64,000 nt of DNA from Octopus vulgaris (taxonomy: Eukaryota), in assembly GCA_951406725.2 (NCBI GenBank), contig OX597840.1, positions 16,926,001 to 16,990,000 of the forward strand. Direction: 5' to 3'. How positions within the stretch are numbered: position 1 is the first letter of the stretch; each line of letters begins with the position of its first letter. Made by a program: the position numbers and the translations under genes. The notes under the pieces were generated by a model that was not told the DNA's origin, made no database searches, and saw only the letters and a program-made list of their open reading frames with translations. Shown piece by piece: positions 29,081 through 41,845 of the stretch.

Positions 29081-29688
29081 AGACGCTTAACGTCATGTTG
29101 AAGATAATATCGTGTTCTTTTTCACCGCTATAAAAATAGTTTCATAAATGCAGAAGTAATTTTCATTAACAGGCTGGAAAGAAGTGAAGAAAAGGAAAAT
29201 ATTTACTACATTGGTTTATTTGTGTACATTTAATATTTACAGTATATTTGGAAGTAAGGCAATTTCTCGTAGAGAGCTACGACATAAATTTATTACTACC
29301 TAATTCCTTAATACTAACTATTATCAAAGTTTACACAACAATTCAAATAAGTTTTGTTGGATTTGAGCAATAAACATGGCATAAAAATAGCAAATATCTC
29401 AAAGGAGTGTCGTGGAGTTTAGTAACAACCAACGATCACTACGGTGAGTGTCGTGGAGTCTATTGAAAACCAACGAACACTGATTAATTTCCCCAAAATC
29501 AGGGTTTTTATAACTGCTGATACCTGGATTCTATGAACCGTATTTCCTGAAAGAATTCTCTTTGACGAAAGTTTAGATTTCAAATATGGGCAGTAATTTT
29601 AACCAATTGGAAACCAACAATTATACTTGTTCGGCCAACATGACCATTACGTCATATTAACGCCTTTTACGACATGCCTGCTGTTCGC

Positions 29689-29919
29689 TACAGTTGCTAG
29701 AAATAAGAGCTAAAATACTCTAATGCTGTAATTAGTGCACATGAATGAAAACATATACAATAACAGGAACCTGAATCGTCCGAAAAATTTCTCGGTCGGC
29801 ATTTTTCGGACGTTTATGGTCCCAATTAGTGTATATGTTTGCATTCATGTGCATTAAGAGTTAAAATGCCCTGATGCTACAGTATTAGGGCATTTTAACT
29901 CTTATTTCTAGCAATGTAG
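29689..29919. mobile_element. Small imperfect fold-back MITE
   Basis: taca.ttgctagaaataagagctaaaat / attttaactcttatttctagcaatgta, with inner cgtccgaaaaat / atttttcggacg. Confidence 0.65.
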
Positions 29920-30030
29920 GTGTTTCCTAACACCCTAGTCACATTTAGTGAGAATTGTAATTCTCTTTTTCGGTGAAACATTGTAACCTGCTGTTTATGA
30001 TCTTATATGTATGTATATGCAATTATATAC

Positions 30031-30063
<33 letters not shown>

Positions 30064-30151
30064 CACACATGCACACACACACACACATGCATGCATACAT
30101 ACATACATACATACATACATACATACATACATACATACATACATACATACA

Positions 30152-30184
<33 letters not shown>

Positions 30185-30195
30185 GTGTGTATGTA

Positions 30196-30880
30196 TTAGG
30201 GTGGAGCGTTTTTCACTGCTTTCGATTTCGCGTGGCGGGGGTGTGAATGGACATCAAAATAGCGAGTGTAGAATCTTTGAACTCTGCAACAATATCTTCT
30301 GTCTCCACAAATGCATCGAAAAATGGAAGAAAAGTGATAAAAAAAACGCCTCTACTTATTTATTGGATATAAAATACAGTTTTCATTGCATCTTCTTCAA
30401 GTAGCTTATAAATAAATGTGATGCAATTACTCTGAAATAAATCGTGAAAAAAACATATTTTTTTCTGTCACTTCATCTTCTGCCTCCAGAAGGAGGGGCG
30501 GGGGTGTACCGTAATTTACATTTACATGAAAAATTTTCTGAATCCGATAAATTACAATATTTTTGCATATTTTAAGGCGTTTGTAGCGGCAGAAGATGAA
30601 GTCACAGAAAAAAAAAACTGTTCAAGTAGTATTTTAGAGTAATTTCATCATATTCATTTCAAAACTACCCGAAGAAGATGCACTGGAAACTGTATTTTAT
30701 AGCTAATAAATAAGCAGAGGCGTATTTTTTTCTCCACTTTTTTTCGATGCATTTGTGGAGACAGAAGATGTTGTCGCAGAATTCTATGATTCTACACCAG
30801 TTATTTTGATGTCCATTCACAACTTTACCGCACAACCGCCATCACGAAATCGAAAATCGTGAAAAAGCGCTCCGTCCTAA
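30196..30880. mobile_element. Long-TIR MITE with TA target site duplication
   Basis: TA|TTAGGGTGGAGCG..CGCTCCGTCCTAA|TA; imperfect arms of about 290 bp (e.g. tcttctgtctccacaaatgcatcgaaaaa and its reverse complement). Confidence 0.85.
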
Positions 30881-31913
30881 TATATATGCGCCGTCAAATT
30901 TATGGTTTGTTGATGAGGTTGTGAATGGTGAATTTGGTATTGATGGCGGATGATGCACAGCAATACAAAAACGCTTGCGTTCTAAGATACAATGACGTCG
31001 TTCATAATTCAATATGTTTTCAATTCTTTTGTCTAATGGGGAAAAATTCTCTTGGGACTAGTTCCACAGCGAAAAGTCTTCTAACGTTAGAATGTACATG
31101 TTGCAGTTGTTGTTGTTGCTGACCATGCCGACCATGTCCCTTTCTATACATTGTCCAAAGTCTTCTTTAAGTAAGAAAGTGGTTGAAGGAGATTAAAGTG
31201 CAATTTCAAGCGACGACGTAGACGACCCCTTCTCTTTCCATTACTGTCATCTATATTTTCGTTAAATTTGTTGTGGTTGTTATTGTTGCTGCTGTTGTTG
31301 TTGCTGTTGCTGCTGCTGCTGTGGGTGCCCTTGTTTAAGTTGCTGCCGCTTTGTTAGGGTTGTTTATTCGTAATTTTGTTGTTGTTGTTGTTGTTGTTAT
31401 TGTTGTGGTTGTTGTCGTCAACGTTGTGTTTGTTGCTGTCATGTTTTGTTGTTATTGTTGTTGTTATTGATGATGATGATGGTGTTGTTGTTGTTATTGT
31501 TGTTGTTGTTGGTCGTGGTGGTGGTGATGATGATAGTGAGGAAGTTGATGTTAATGGTGGCGGTGGTGGTAGTGATAGTGTTCATGACGTGGGGATCGCT
31601 GTTATCGATATGATGGTGATGATGATGATCATGATGATGACGACAACACAGACGCCGATGATGATGAGGAGGAGAAGGAGAAAGAGGAAGGGTGCAGGTG
31701 ATGACAATGATGATGGTGGTAGCGACGATGAGGATGATGACGATGATGAAGAGAATGAGGAGAGGTAATGAGGATGGTGGTGATGATGATGATGATGATG
31801 TTTATGCTGACAGTGGTCGTGATGGTGATCACCGTCATCGTCTTGGTGATGATAATGATGATGGCTACTCACCAAATTTCAGTTTCACTGGAACAGGTCT
31901 ACATGACACTCAG

Positions 31914-31981
31914 CTGGAGAAACCAGACGGTTATGGACAGATCAGCCAACGAATATACGGTTGAGGGTATATAATGAATGG
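31914..31981 (+). CDS. Probable host-gene exon
   Basis: actcag| (A)GETRRLWTDQPTNIRLRVYNEW |gtgagt; phase 1 to 0; weak acceptor. Confidence 0.45.
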
Positions 31982-32357
31982 GTGAGTGTTTTAGAGGGGT
32001 AGTCAGATTGGGTGGTGGTGGTGCGACACGTTGCGACAGAGTCACCGTGACTCAAATATACCGTGTCACGGTGTCACACCACACCACGGATGAAATTTGT
32101 TGTTACTAACTGACATCTTGAAATATATGTATGTGTTTGCGCGAGTGTGTCTGTATAGCTGTAATTGTGTGTACGTAGATGTCTACATATATTATATATG
32201 TGTGTGTGTATTATATACATGTATGTACGTATATGTATATATACATATATGAATCTACATATTTGTATGTATTCTATATTCATCTATGAATACATGTATA
32301 TAAGACATATATATGCATTGATGTGCATGTGTGTGTGTATACACATATATATGCATG

Positions 32358-32403
<46 letters not shown>

Positions 32404-32850
32404 TATGCATATAAATATATACATATAGAGAGAGAGATATAGATAGATAGTTATAGATATATGTATAGATATATATATTCATACACATATACATATACAT
32501 ACATGTATGTGTGTGTGGTATGCGTGTACATCGATACTCACGTACAAGTAAGCCATCTTCAGTAAGACGACACTGCCTCGATGTATCAATCGAATTGCTC
32601 TTTTGTTTTTTGTTGTTCTTTATATATTTATATTCCGAAAATACAAAAGAAAAATATTTATGCTTTTTTTTTCCCCTCCCATTCCAAGTAACTTCACATT
32701 AGAGAAGGCTCTGGAGATTAATTCTTCGACATTATTACAAAGAATCGACTACACTGAATATAAATGTCTAGTTTACGACGTTAACAACAACAACAACAAC
32801 AACAATAATAATGATAATAATAATGATAATAATATTTATTTGCACAACAG

Positions 32851-32872
32851 CTCCTGGTTGATTCCTGTGTCC
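32851..32872 (+). CDS. Possible 22-nt micro-exon
   Basis: caacag| LLVDSCV |gtgagt; phase 0 to 1, which bridges its two neighbours in frame. Confidence 0.35.
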
Positions 32873-33095
32873 GTGAGTATACATAAATATATACATACAT
32901 GCATACATACATATATACATACATACATACTTACGTAAGTACAGACTTATACGTATATGTATATGTGTATATATATGTGTGTGTGTAGATATGTATGTAC
33001 ATAAACTGCTTTATATAACTCATGTATATATGTGCATGTATATTTATATCTCTTTATCTTTTCTCTGATTACGTTCACTATTTCTGAACTGACAG

Positions 33096-33164
33096 CTGAT
33101 ACGGAGAGTAACGGTCAAACCATTTCACGTGATACTAGTAAAGACCTCAACAAATCAGAATCCG
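33096..33164 (+). CDS. Host-gene exon
   Basis: ctgacag| DTESNGQTISRDTSKDLNKSES |gtgagt; 69 nt. Confidence 0.6.
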
Positions 33165-33568
33165 GTGAGTAGTTTATGCAAACATCATTGCGCATGTATG
33201 TACGTATGTACGTATGTATTATGTATGTATGTATGTATGTATGTATGTATGTATGTATGTATGTATGTATGTATGTATGTATGTATGTATGTATGTATGT
33301 ATGTGTGTATGTATGTATGTATGTATGTATGTGCGTCTGGATAAAAAAAGAAATCAGTATAAGGATAAAGAATGTAATCCAAATAATATTCCAAAATAAA
33401 GTTCCACGGTCGGATCCAAGCAGGTAGAACTCCGAAATGTTTTTCAAGTTTTCCCTTTATACAAGAAATATATTTTGTTAATGAAATACCCGTAAGTTTT
33501 TAGTCACACACACACACGCATATATATATATATATATATACTCAAAATAAGCAACAAGAATGACTCCA

Positions 33569-33663
33569 GTAATTTGGTACGATCGTTTCGTACTACATCA
33601 TTTTATTAAATGTTGTAAGTATTACAACAGTTTTAAAATGCTGAGCACTCATCAGCCAATTAC
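33569..33663 (-). ncRNA. Type I hammerhead ribozyme in a 220-bp (TA)n-flanked element (33541-33760)
   Basis: - strand gtaattgg-CTGATGA-GTGCT[long hairpin]AGTAC-GAAA-CGATC-GTA^ccaaattac; palindromic stem III ACGATCGT. Confidence 0.85.
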
Positions 33664-33758
33664 ATGAATTTATATGGATTTATATGGATAACACCATACA
33701 GAATTCTGGTGCATCTAAATTAAGTACCATATTCATTTGAATCTAAATTTTTGCTGAA

Positions 33759-33817
<59 letters not shown>

Positions 33818-34264
33818 TAATGTGTGTGAGTGCGTGTACCTGTATTTCAAATGGTCAGCCTTGTCACACTCTGTGTCACGCTGAATCTGCCTGAGAACTA
33901 CGTTAAGGGTACACGTGTCTGCGGAGTGCTCAGCCACTTTCACGTTAATTTCACGAGCAAGCTGTTCTGTTGATCGTAATGACTGACACCCACGTCGTCG
34001 TAACCGAGGGAGTGCTCCTTTTATATATATGTGTGTGTGTGTGTAAATATATATATATATATAGAGAGAGAGAGAAAACGTATGCATATGTAAACATGTA
34101 TGTACATTCGTGTGTATGTATATATGGGTATATATGTTTGTATGTATGTCATTATTCAGTTTTATTTCAAGAATAAGAACCGGTTTCTAACCTAGATCAA
34201 AGGCTCCTTCATTGGAACTTCAACATTAACAACAGGTTTCTTTTTAATATATTTATGTATGAAA

Positions 34265-34664
34265 GGCGGCGAGCTGGCAGAAACGTTAGCACGCCAGGCG
34301 AAACACCTAGCGGTATTTCGTAGCCGCTACGTTCTGACTTTAAATTCTGCCGAGGTCGACTTCGCCTTTCATCCTTTCGGGGTCGATTAAATAAGTACCA
34401 GTTACGCACTGGGGTCGATGTAATCGACTTAATCCGTTTGTCTGGCCTTGTTTGTCCTCTCTGTGTTTAGCCCCTTGTGGGTAGTAAAGAAATCGGTATT
34501 TCGTCTGTTCAAATTCCAGTTTCTCAGTTCAAATTCCACCGGGGTCAACTTTGCCCTTCATCCTTTCAGGGTGGATAAATTAAGTACCAGTGCGTACTGG
34601 GATCGATCTAATCGACTGGCCCCCTCCCCAAAAATCTCGGGCCTTGTACCTAGAGTAGAAAAGA

Positions 34665-34665
<1 letters not shown>
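34265..34665 (+). mobile_element. Dimeric SINE family A, well preserved
   Basis: ggcggcgagctggcagaaacgttagcacgcc head followed by two cores. Confidence 0.9.
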
Positions 34666-34697
<32 letters not shown>

Positions 34698-34849
34698 TGT
34701 ATGTATGTATGTATGTATGTATGTATGTGTATATTATGTATGTATAAAAGCCCTGTTGTCTTAGCTATATATTTGTCATGGGATCATGACGTTTCGTTTA
34801 CCTCTGTAAAGTTCTGTATTTCATATTTTATATATATATATATGATCCA

Positions 34850-35021
34850 CTAACGCTTTTTTTATTCTCTCTCTGTTTATTTTCTTGTGTTCTTTTCTCT
34901 TGAAGAGCGTAGGCTCGAAACGTAAAAGACTATCTCACCTTCCCGAGCGTTAAACTAATACATCTGTTTGTTGTTTACACACCTGTCTTCGTCTTTTGTT
35001 GTTTTTTTGGTAAATTCCAGC

Positions 35022-35022
<1 letters not shown>
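34850..35022 (+). mobile_element. (TA)n-flanked short element with a degenerate minimal hammerhead (34890-34930)
   Basis: CTCTTGA-A-GAGC gtag GCTC-GAAA-CG-TA^aaaga; the 5' core is mutated. Confidence 0.55.
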
Positions 35023-35059
<37 letters not shown>

Positions 35060-35070
35060 CGTATGTAATA

Positions 35071-35376
35071 TACATATAAGAGGGGTGACCCACTAAGTGG
35101 GCATCCATTATGCTAGAGGTAGACACCATATGGTCTGACCACTAAGAAAATATTGTTCTCTGGCGTTTGCTGAATTTTCTTGAGAACAATCTTTTCTTAG
35201 TGGTCAGACCATATGGTGTCTACTTCTAGCATAATGGATGCCCACTTAGTGGTCATCCCTCTTATATGTATGTAATATAATTTTTTCTGATTCTTCAGAT
35301 TTTTCAATATGCTAGACCACTGGTTTTAAATTGATATTAATCAAATTAATATTCAATTTTCGCCCTTATTTAAATT

Positions 35377-35471
<95 letters not shown>

Positions 35472-35604
35472 TTTAAATAATAAGGGTGAAAAATAGAATA
35501 TTAATTTGATTAATATCAATTTAAAACCAGTAGTCTAGCATACTGAGAAATCTGAAGAATCAGAAAAAATTATATTACTTACATATAAGAGGGACGACCA
35601 CTAA
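35071..35604. repeat. Double fold-back element related to the end of the 533-bp unit
   Basis: Inverted pairs 35071-35160 / 35182-35270 and about 35247-35375 / 35468-35604; the second pair encloses (CA)n(TA)n. Confidence 0.85.
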
Positions 35605-35683
35605 TATTGGTAATTTATGTTAAACTTTAATATTCATACTATTGCCTATATAAAAAATTATTTCCGTTAAAATTATAATAATA

Positions 35684-35757
<74 letters not shown>

Positions 35758-35787
35758 TGTTCTTCCTACTGTTTTTCTCCATTTCAG

Positions 35788-35835
35788 AAAACTTACTGTA
35801 TCCTACATCTGGTCACAGTAATTCGGTAGAAGAAA
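35788..35835 (+). CDS. Probable host-gene exon
   Basis: ttttctccatttcag| (E)NLLYPTSGHSNSVEE |gttagt; an alternative donor lies after 35817. Confidence 0.5.
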
Positions 35836-36252
35836 GTTAGTGACAACTATCACAGCACTTCGCAAACATCTTACCGTAGCAGTAGTTGTGGTGTTAGTGC
35901 TAGTAGAAGTAGTCACAATATGTACTGTTGTTATTGTTGTTGGTGTTGCTATTATTGTTGCTGTTGTCGGTTTGAAGTGTTCGTAGTCATAGTGCCAGTG
36001 CCGCCGCCGCCATTGCAAATGACGCCGTTATTTCCTGCCCGCCCGTCTGGATCGTAGCGAAAAACTGCTTAGGGTTATTATGTTGCCATTCTCACCTGGA
36101 GAGTACACAAGTCCTTCACTAACTGCACTCCCTATAAGATTTGTGGTTTCCCAATTCGGCTGCTTTATTATGAAGAGAAACTATGTAAAATTATCGATAT
36201 ATATACATACATATTATATATATTATATAATATATTATATATATATATATAT

Positions 36253-36335
<83 letters not shown>

Positions 36336-37091
36336 CATATACGTGCATGCATACACTCACACATATATAGGTGTATATATATTGTATATCAGGCTGAATA
36401 AAAAGTAAGCAACGTTTTGAAGCATGTAATTCATCACAATATATTCCAACAATGCGGAGATTTTAATCATTAAAGTAAGTGCCATTACAATCAACACATT
36501 TTTGCCAATGAGTTGCAAGTTTGTTTATTCTGGTAACATAAAAATCTGGAACTGTTTGAACGCACTTTCAGCATCGGTTTGATTTTTGAACTCCTCCTCT
36601 CACAGGAAACCATCAAGGAGCTTGAAAAAGTGGTAGTCTGTAGGAGAAAGGTCTGGGGAATAAGCTGGGTGGGGAAGAACTTTGTAGCCAAGTTCCCTCA
36701 ACTTCTGGAGCGTCATTAGGGAAACATGTGGTTGAGCATTGTCACGAAGAATGATTAGTCCTCTTCTTTTGACCAGTCTGGGATGGAGGAGTAGCAGTTT
36801 TCGTTCATTTTGGCAATTTCGTGGCAATATGTTTCTGCAGAAATGGTTTTTCCGGGTTATAACAAGTTATAGTGGATGAATCCATCAATACACCACCAAA
36901 CAGTCACCATAACCTTTTTTTTTGAAGAGCTCGGGTTTAGGGAAGGTTTCCGGTGCTTCATTTTGGTCCAACCACTGTGAATAACGTTTTTTATTATTGT
37001 ACAGAATCCACTTTTAATCGCAAGTTACAATACAGTCGGGAAATGGATCGGTCTGGTTACGGAGAAGAAGCGATGGGCAAATTTCTGATTT

Positions 37092-38803
37092 CACTGTGCA
37101 ACAAATTTCAGGTTCAAAAAAAGTACAAGTTAAGTAAGACTTGTTTCTAGGTCAAAAAATTGTCCTGATTCTGATTCTGACCTTTATTTCTCCAGATTAG
37201 GCACCGTTTTCCTGTACCATGAACCATTTGTTTTATAATATCCTGCATAATATCGTGTATTGAATACAACATTGCAAATACTAAAAGTTACAGAAAACAA
37301 AACAAAAAATTTAGTTGGTATAACAAAACATATATTGGTTATGAATTAAAAACACACCTGTCAGTTTTGTCCTTCTAAGCCTCTTGTGCGGAGTGTGATC
37401 TGTTTTTTATACCCCAGCAGTAGTCTGCCAACATGCCAAGGTTCCATTTTCCTTTGAATCGTCGCTCCATCACTGAAATATCCTGATGGAATCTTTCATC
37501 ATGTTCATCACTCATATCACCAAGATTTTCCCTCAAAAAAATCCAAATGAGAGTGAAGCACATGGACTTTTAGAGACATGTTACATCCCATATCATGATA
37601 ATGACTCAGCAGATGATTCACAACTTGCACATAGTCTTCTGAACGATGGTTGCCCAGGAGGTTATCGCAAACTTTCTTGAATGACTCAAAGGCAAGCTTC
37701 TCTTTTCTCTTGAGATGTGTGATGAAGATTTCATCAAGTAGAATTTTTCGAATTTGGGGACCTATGAAGAAACCTTCTTTAATTTTAGCTTGACTCAGGT
37801 AAGGGAACTTTTCTGCAAGATATGCAAATGCGGAGGATTCTTTGTCCAAGGCTTTCACAAATTGCTTAAACAAACCAAGTTTAATATGCAAAGGTGGTTT
37901 AAAAATTCTATCACTTTTCACAAATGGTTTGTGCATGGTGTGTTTACCTTGCTCAATTTCATCTTGGATCGCCCAATCCTTGTATACATAATGTTCAGCT
38001 CTTGCTCTGGAATTCCATAAGCACAGGAAGCAGGAAAATTTAGTATAGCCAGTAAGCATGGCTACAACCTTAAAATCTGCACAAATATGCCAGGTATGGT
38101 CATCATACCGTATGCTTGTTAGAATTGCTTTCAGATTTTCATATGATTCTTTCATGGTTGTGCTATAAGCTATGCGAACAGAAGGCAGAGTGTTACCATT
38201 GTATAGCAGAACAGCTTTGATGCTGTCCTTGGATGCATCTATGAAAAGTCGCCAGTTGGTTTTATCATATGGTATTTCCAGTTGCTCAAAATGTTCAGTG
38301 ATGTCATCACAAAAGCACAGGTCATCCTTCATGGTGAATAATGCCAGCAGATCCTCTGTACGTTTTCTGTACAGTGTTATCTTCACTCCTTTCTCAAGAA
38401 GATTACGTTCTTGAAGCCTTGATGACAGAAACTCACTTTTCTCTTTGGTTAAATAGAGATCCCTGCACAAGTCATTTAGAGCCTCTTGAGTCATTACCAA
38501 TGGTATTGGTTTATTCTTGCTTTCTGGATCATTGGACTCCACACATTCACCACTGGAATGTTCATCAGCACTGCTGGAACTCTGCATTTCTTGATCTGGA
38601 GATTTGGGCACAGGTAAATTTTCTCAGTGCTCTACAGGGCGCATTGCTGATTGCAAATTTGGGTAAACAATGTGTTTCTTTTTCTTTGCTGTAAAGTCAT
38701 GGTGACAGAAATAGCAATCATTAGAGTGATCTTTCTGCTCACGCCAAATCACTAGCACACCAAACTTCATGTGAACATTGTACTTTTAGAGTGTTGCACA
38801 GTG
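37092..38803 (-). mobile_element. Chapaev3-like (CMC superfamily) DNA transposon nested in the mariner
   Basis: Perfect 12-bp TIR CACTGTGCAACA / TGTTGCACAGTG, 3-bp TSD TTT; transposase motifs WRLFID, PPLHIKLGLFKQFVKAL, MSLKVHVLHSHLDFF, SDEHDERFHQDI. The family name is from recall. Confidence 0.8.
37375..38755 (-). pseudogene. Frameshifted, 5'-truncated transposase
   Basis: ORF 37517-38611 continues in another frame as 37375-37563; an upstream WREQKDHSNDCYFC fragment is also present. Confidence 0.85.
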
Positions 38804-40393
38804 TTTTCATTCAATTCGTGTGATACCCATTTGTCGAGCTTTTTTGATTTTCCGATCGCATGCAAATGGTTGCAGGCAGTTTTCTGGCTAATTTGAAGTT
38901 CTTTTGCCAGTTCTCGAGTGGTTTTACTGTCATCGATGACAGATGGGCGTCCACTACGCTCACGATCTTCAAGGCTCAGGGCTCAGGGCTCCACTGCGAA
39001 ATCATTTAAGCCATTTTCTAGCTGACCACTCACTGGTCATCTCCTCACCAAATGTTTCGTTGATATCGCGAGCAGTTTCAGCTGCTTTGCGTCCTTTTTT
39101 TGAAGTCGAATAGCAAAATTGCTCGAATATCGCGTTTTGACAGTTCCATTTCAGATGATTGTAACAAGTCTTTGTCTATATTAACAGACAATTTCTTAAA
39201 AATGTTTTTAAAAATTCAAAACTCTGCAAAAATCTGGTACAAATTCTTCATGGTTCAAAACCTTGCTTACTTTTTACTCACCATGATATATATATATATG
39301 CATATGATTGATTGATTCTAGTTTCAGCTCATGAGCTGTGGCCATGCTGGGGCACCACATATAAATAAATATGTATATTATATATAAAATATATTATACA
39401 TGTTATATATATTTAAATATATGTATGTGTGTGTGAGTGTGGAGGTGTGTATAAACATGTGTGTGTGACTATGTTTGTGAGCGAATATGTGTGCGTATAT
39501 ATTTTCTTACATTTTCGTTCTTTGGTTTGCTTTAGCCATCGCACTTAATGCCATGCTGGAGCACTCACGTATGTTCTTAACATGCAAACATAAAGGCATC
39601 TGCAACATTCAGTATATTAATATATTTTAAATATTCATAGTCATGGGGCAGAGTGAAACCTTGGGGAGAAAAATTTAGCTGCTGGTGTCAAAGATATCTT
39701 TCAATTAATAAAAGTCGATGTTAAAGGGAGTATGAGAGGAAATCCTGGTGATTCCGAATACGACGAAGTCGGAAGATCCAGTCGGAATCTATATTCTCTT
39801 TGATATATAAGTAGTTATGCAACGATTTGGAAAATGACTAAACCAAGATCCACACAAATCCTATAGATATATATTGATTTAAAATTTTGGGACAAGACCA
39901 GACGTTTCAGAGGAAAGGCTAAGTCGAATGCATCAACCCCAGTGTTTAACTGGTACTTATTTTATCGGCCTCAGAATGTAAAGACGGACGAAATGCCAGT
40001 AAGCAATTTTCCTGGTGTGCTTACTATTCTTCCAGCTCGCCGCCTTAGTGTTATGGATATATTGATTTAACATTTTCTGGCAAGGCCAGCAATTTCAGAC
40101 GAGGGGTTAAGTCGATCACATCAGCCCCAGTGTTCAGCTGGTACTTATTTTATCGACCCCCGAAAGGGGAATAAAAATCCAAATTGCACGGTACATATGT
40201 TTCTTAGCTAGTTAAAACTCTTGATGTAACTGTTATGCAAATGAGTTATGCCCAACTTAGCGAATCATCATGGATGAAACGAAGGTTACATTGTCACTCG
40301 GAATTCCTAAATCAACTCCACTTGCGTTGAGTTTAACTACAAACACACACACACACACACACACGTATATATATATACGTGTATATGTATACG

Positions 40394-40426
<33 letters not shown>

Positions 40427-40518
40427 ATAAGTATATGTGTATGTGTATGTATGTATGTATATAATAAATATCAGTATCACACACTTAATGTATACGTGTT
40501 GTTAATGCCCCTTTAAAG

Positions 40519-40665
40519 ACGTACAGGTGAAACGGAAACCTCCACGAAAGGGAACAAGAATGACAGATATTGATATTTCACAGTCCTCTCCACCCACCAG
40601 TGTCGCACATTCACCCCGCTTCCGAAACGAGCTAGAATTACCAGATAGAAGTATATACAACCAGC
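40519..40665 (+). CDS. Possible host-gene exon (3' end uncertain)
   Basis: ctttaaag| VQVKRKPPRKGTRMTDIDISQSSPPTSVAHSPRFRNELELPDR..; unique sequence, phase 1 start, several weak donors. Confidence 0.4.
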
Positions 40666-40984
40666 GTAAAATCTATTTACTGATGCGAAAAAGCGCTGCA
40701 CAATTAGAACAAAATTCAAATCTTAAGTCAAAAGAAAGCTCTGTAATGTAAACATTATTAATACCATATACCGGGATGGAGGTGGAGCAGTTTTTCGTTT
40801 ATTTTGGCAATTTCATGGCAATATGTTTCTGCAGAAATTTAAACATGATCAATGCCATATACTTAATGTGTGTACGTTGTTAAATCCTTGTAGCTGAGGT
40901 ATCATGTCTTGCAGACATAAGTTTAAATGCGTAACACACGGCTCTTTAACGCCACGCTTCGTTTACGCATTCATATACTTTTTT

Positions 40985-41174
40985 ATTCTTTTCCTTGTCT
41001 CAGTCATTTGACTGCGGCCATGTTGTAACATCGCCTGTAGTCGAGCAAATCGACCTCAGGACTTATTCTTTGTAAGCCTAGTACTTATTCTAGCGGACTG
41101 CTATGCCGAACCACTAAGTTACGTAAACACACCAGCATCGTTTGTCAAGCAATGTTGCGGGGACAGACAGACAG

Positions 41175-41205
<31 letters not shown>

Positions 41206-41408
41206 AACACACACACACACGCAAACACACACACATACATACACATATATATATATATACGACGGGCTTCTTTCAGTTTCCGTCTACCAAATCCACTCAC
41301 AAGGCTTTGGTGCGCCCGAGGCTATAGTAGAAGACACTTGCACAAGATGCCATGCAATGGGACTGAACCCAGAACCATGTGGTTGGTAAGCAAGATACTT
41401 ACCACACA
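40985..41408 (-). mobile_element. SINE family B copy
   Basis: Collinear with 21455-21839. Confidence 0.85.
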
Positions 41409-41585
41409 TATCTATGTTATTAAACTGTTATGTTAAGAAATCGGCGTGAATGAATTCGAACTAGGATCCTCAGATCTTGTACCCATTTTCTTTATTTACT
41501 CGGCCCTTTCCTCCGTGCAATGGTAATTGTAATTGTAATAGTTACACTAATAGCAGCAGTGATAGTATTGGTAGTTTTAGTACAA

Positions 41586-41670
<85 letters not shown>

Positions 41671-41772
41671 TTCATTATTATTATTGTTAACAAGGATTGT
41701 TATGCTGGTGATGTCATTGGTAATGATGTTTGTGATGTCGATTGTCATTGATTAATGACATTAACAGCAATT

Positions 41773-41845
<73 letters not shown>

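Larger units (their letters stand above)
36389..39286 (-). mobile_element. Degenerate mariner (DD34D) transposon interrupted by a second element
   Basis: TIRs tcaggctgaataaaaagtaagcaacgttttgaa / ttcaaaaccttgcttactttttactcaccatga flanked by TA; motifs KLDKWVSHEL, LRDNAQPHVS, HPAYSPDLSPTDYHFF. Confidence 0.9.

Noticed and set aside
32703-32872. Longer 170-nt exon including poly-Asn
   Set aside because: It includes a microsatellite and would force the less plausible frame on the next exon; kept only as an alternative to the 22-nt micro-exon.
39679-39803. Possible exon ..GDSEYDEVGRSSRNLYSL*
   Set aside because: Weak acceptor and no good donor before the stop; it could be an alternative last exon but is unsupported.
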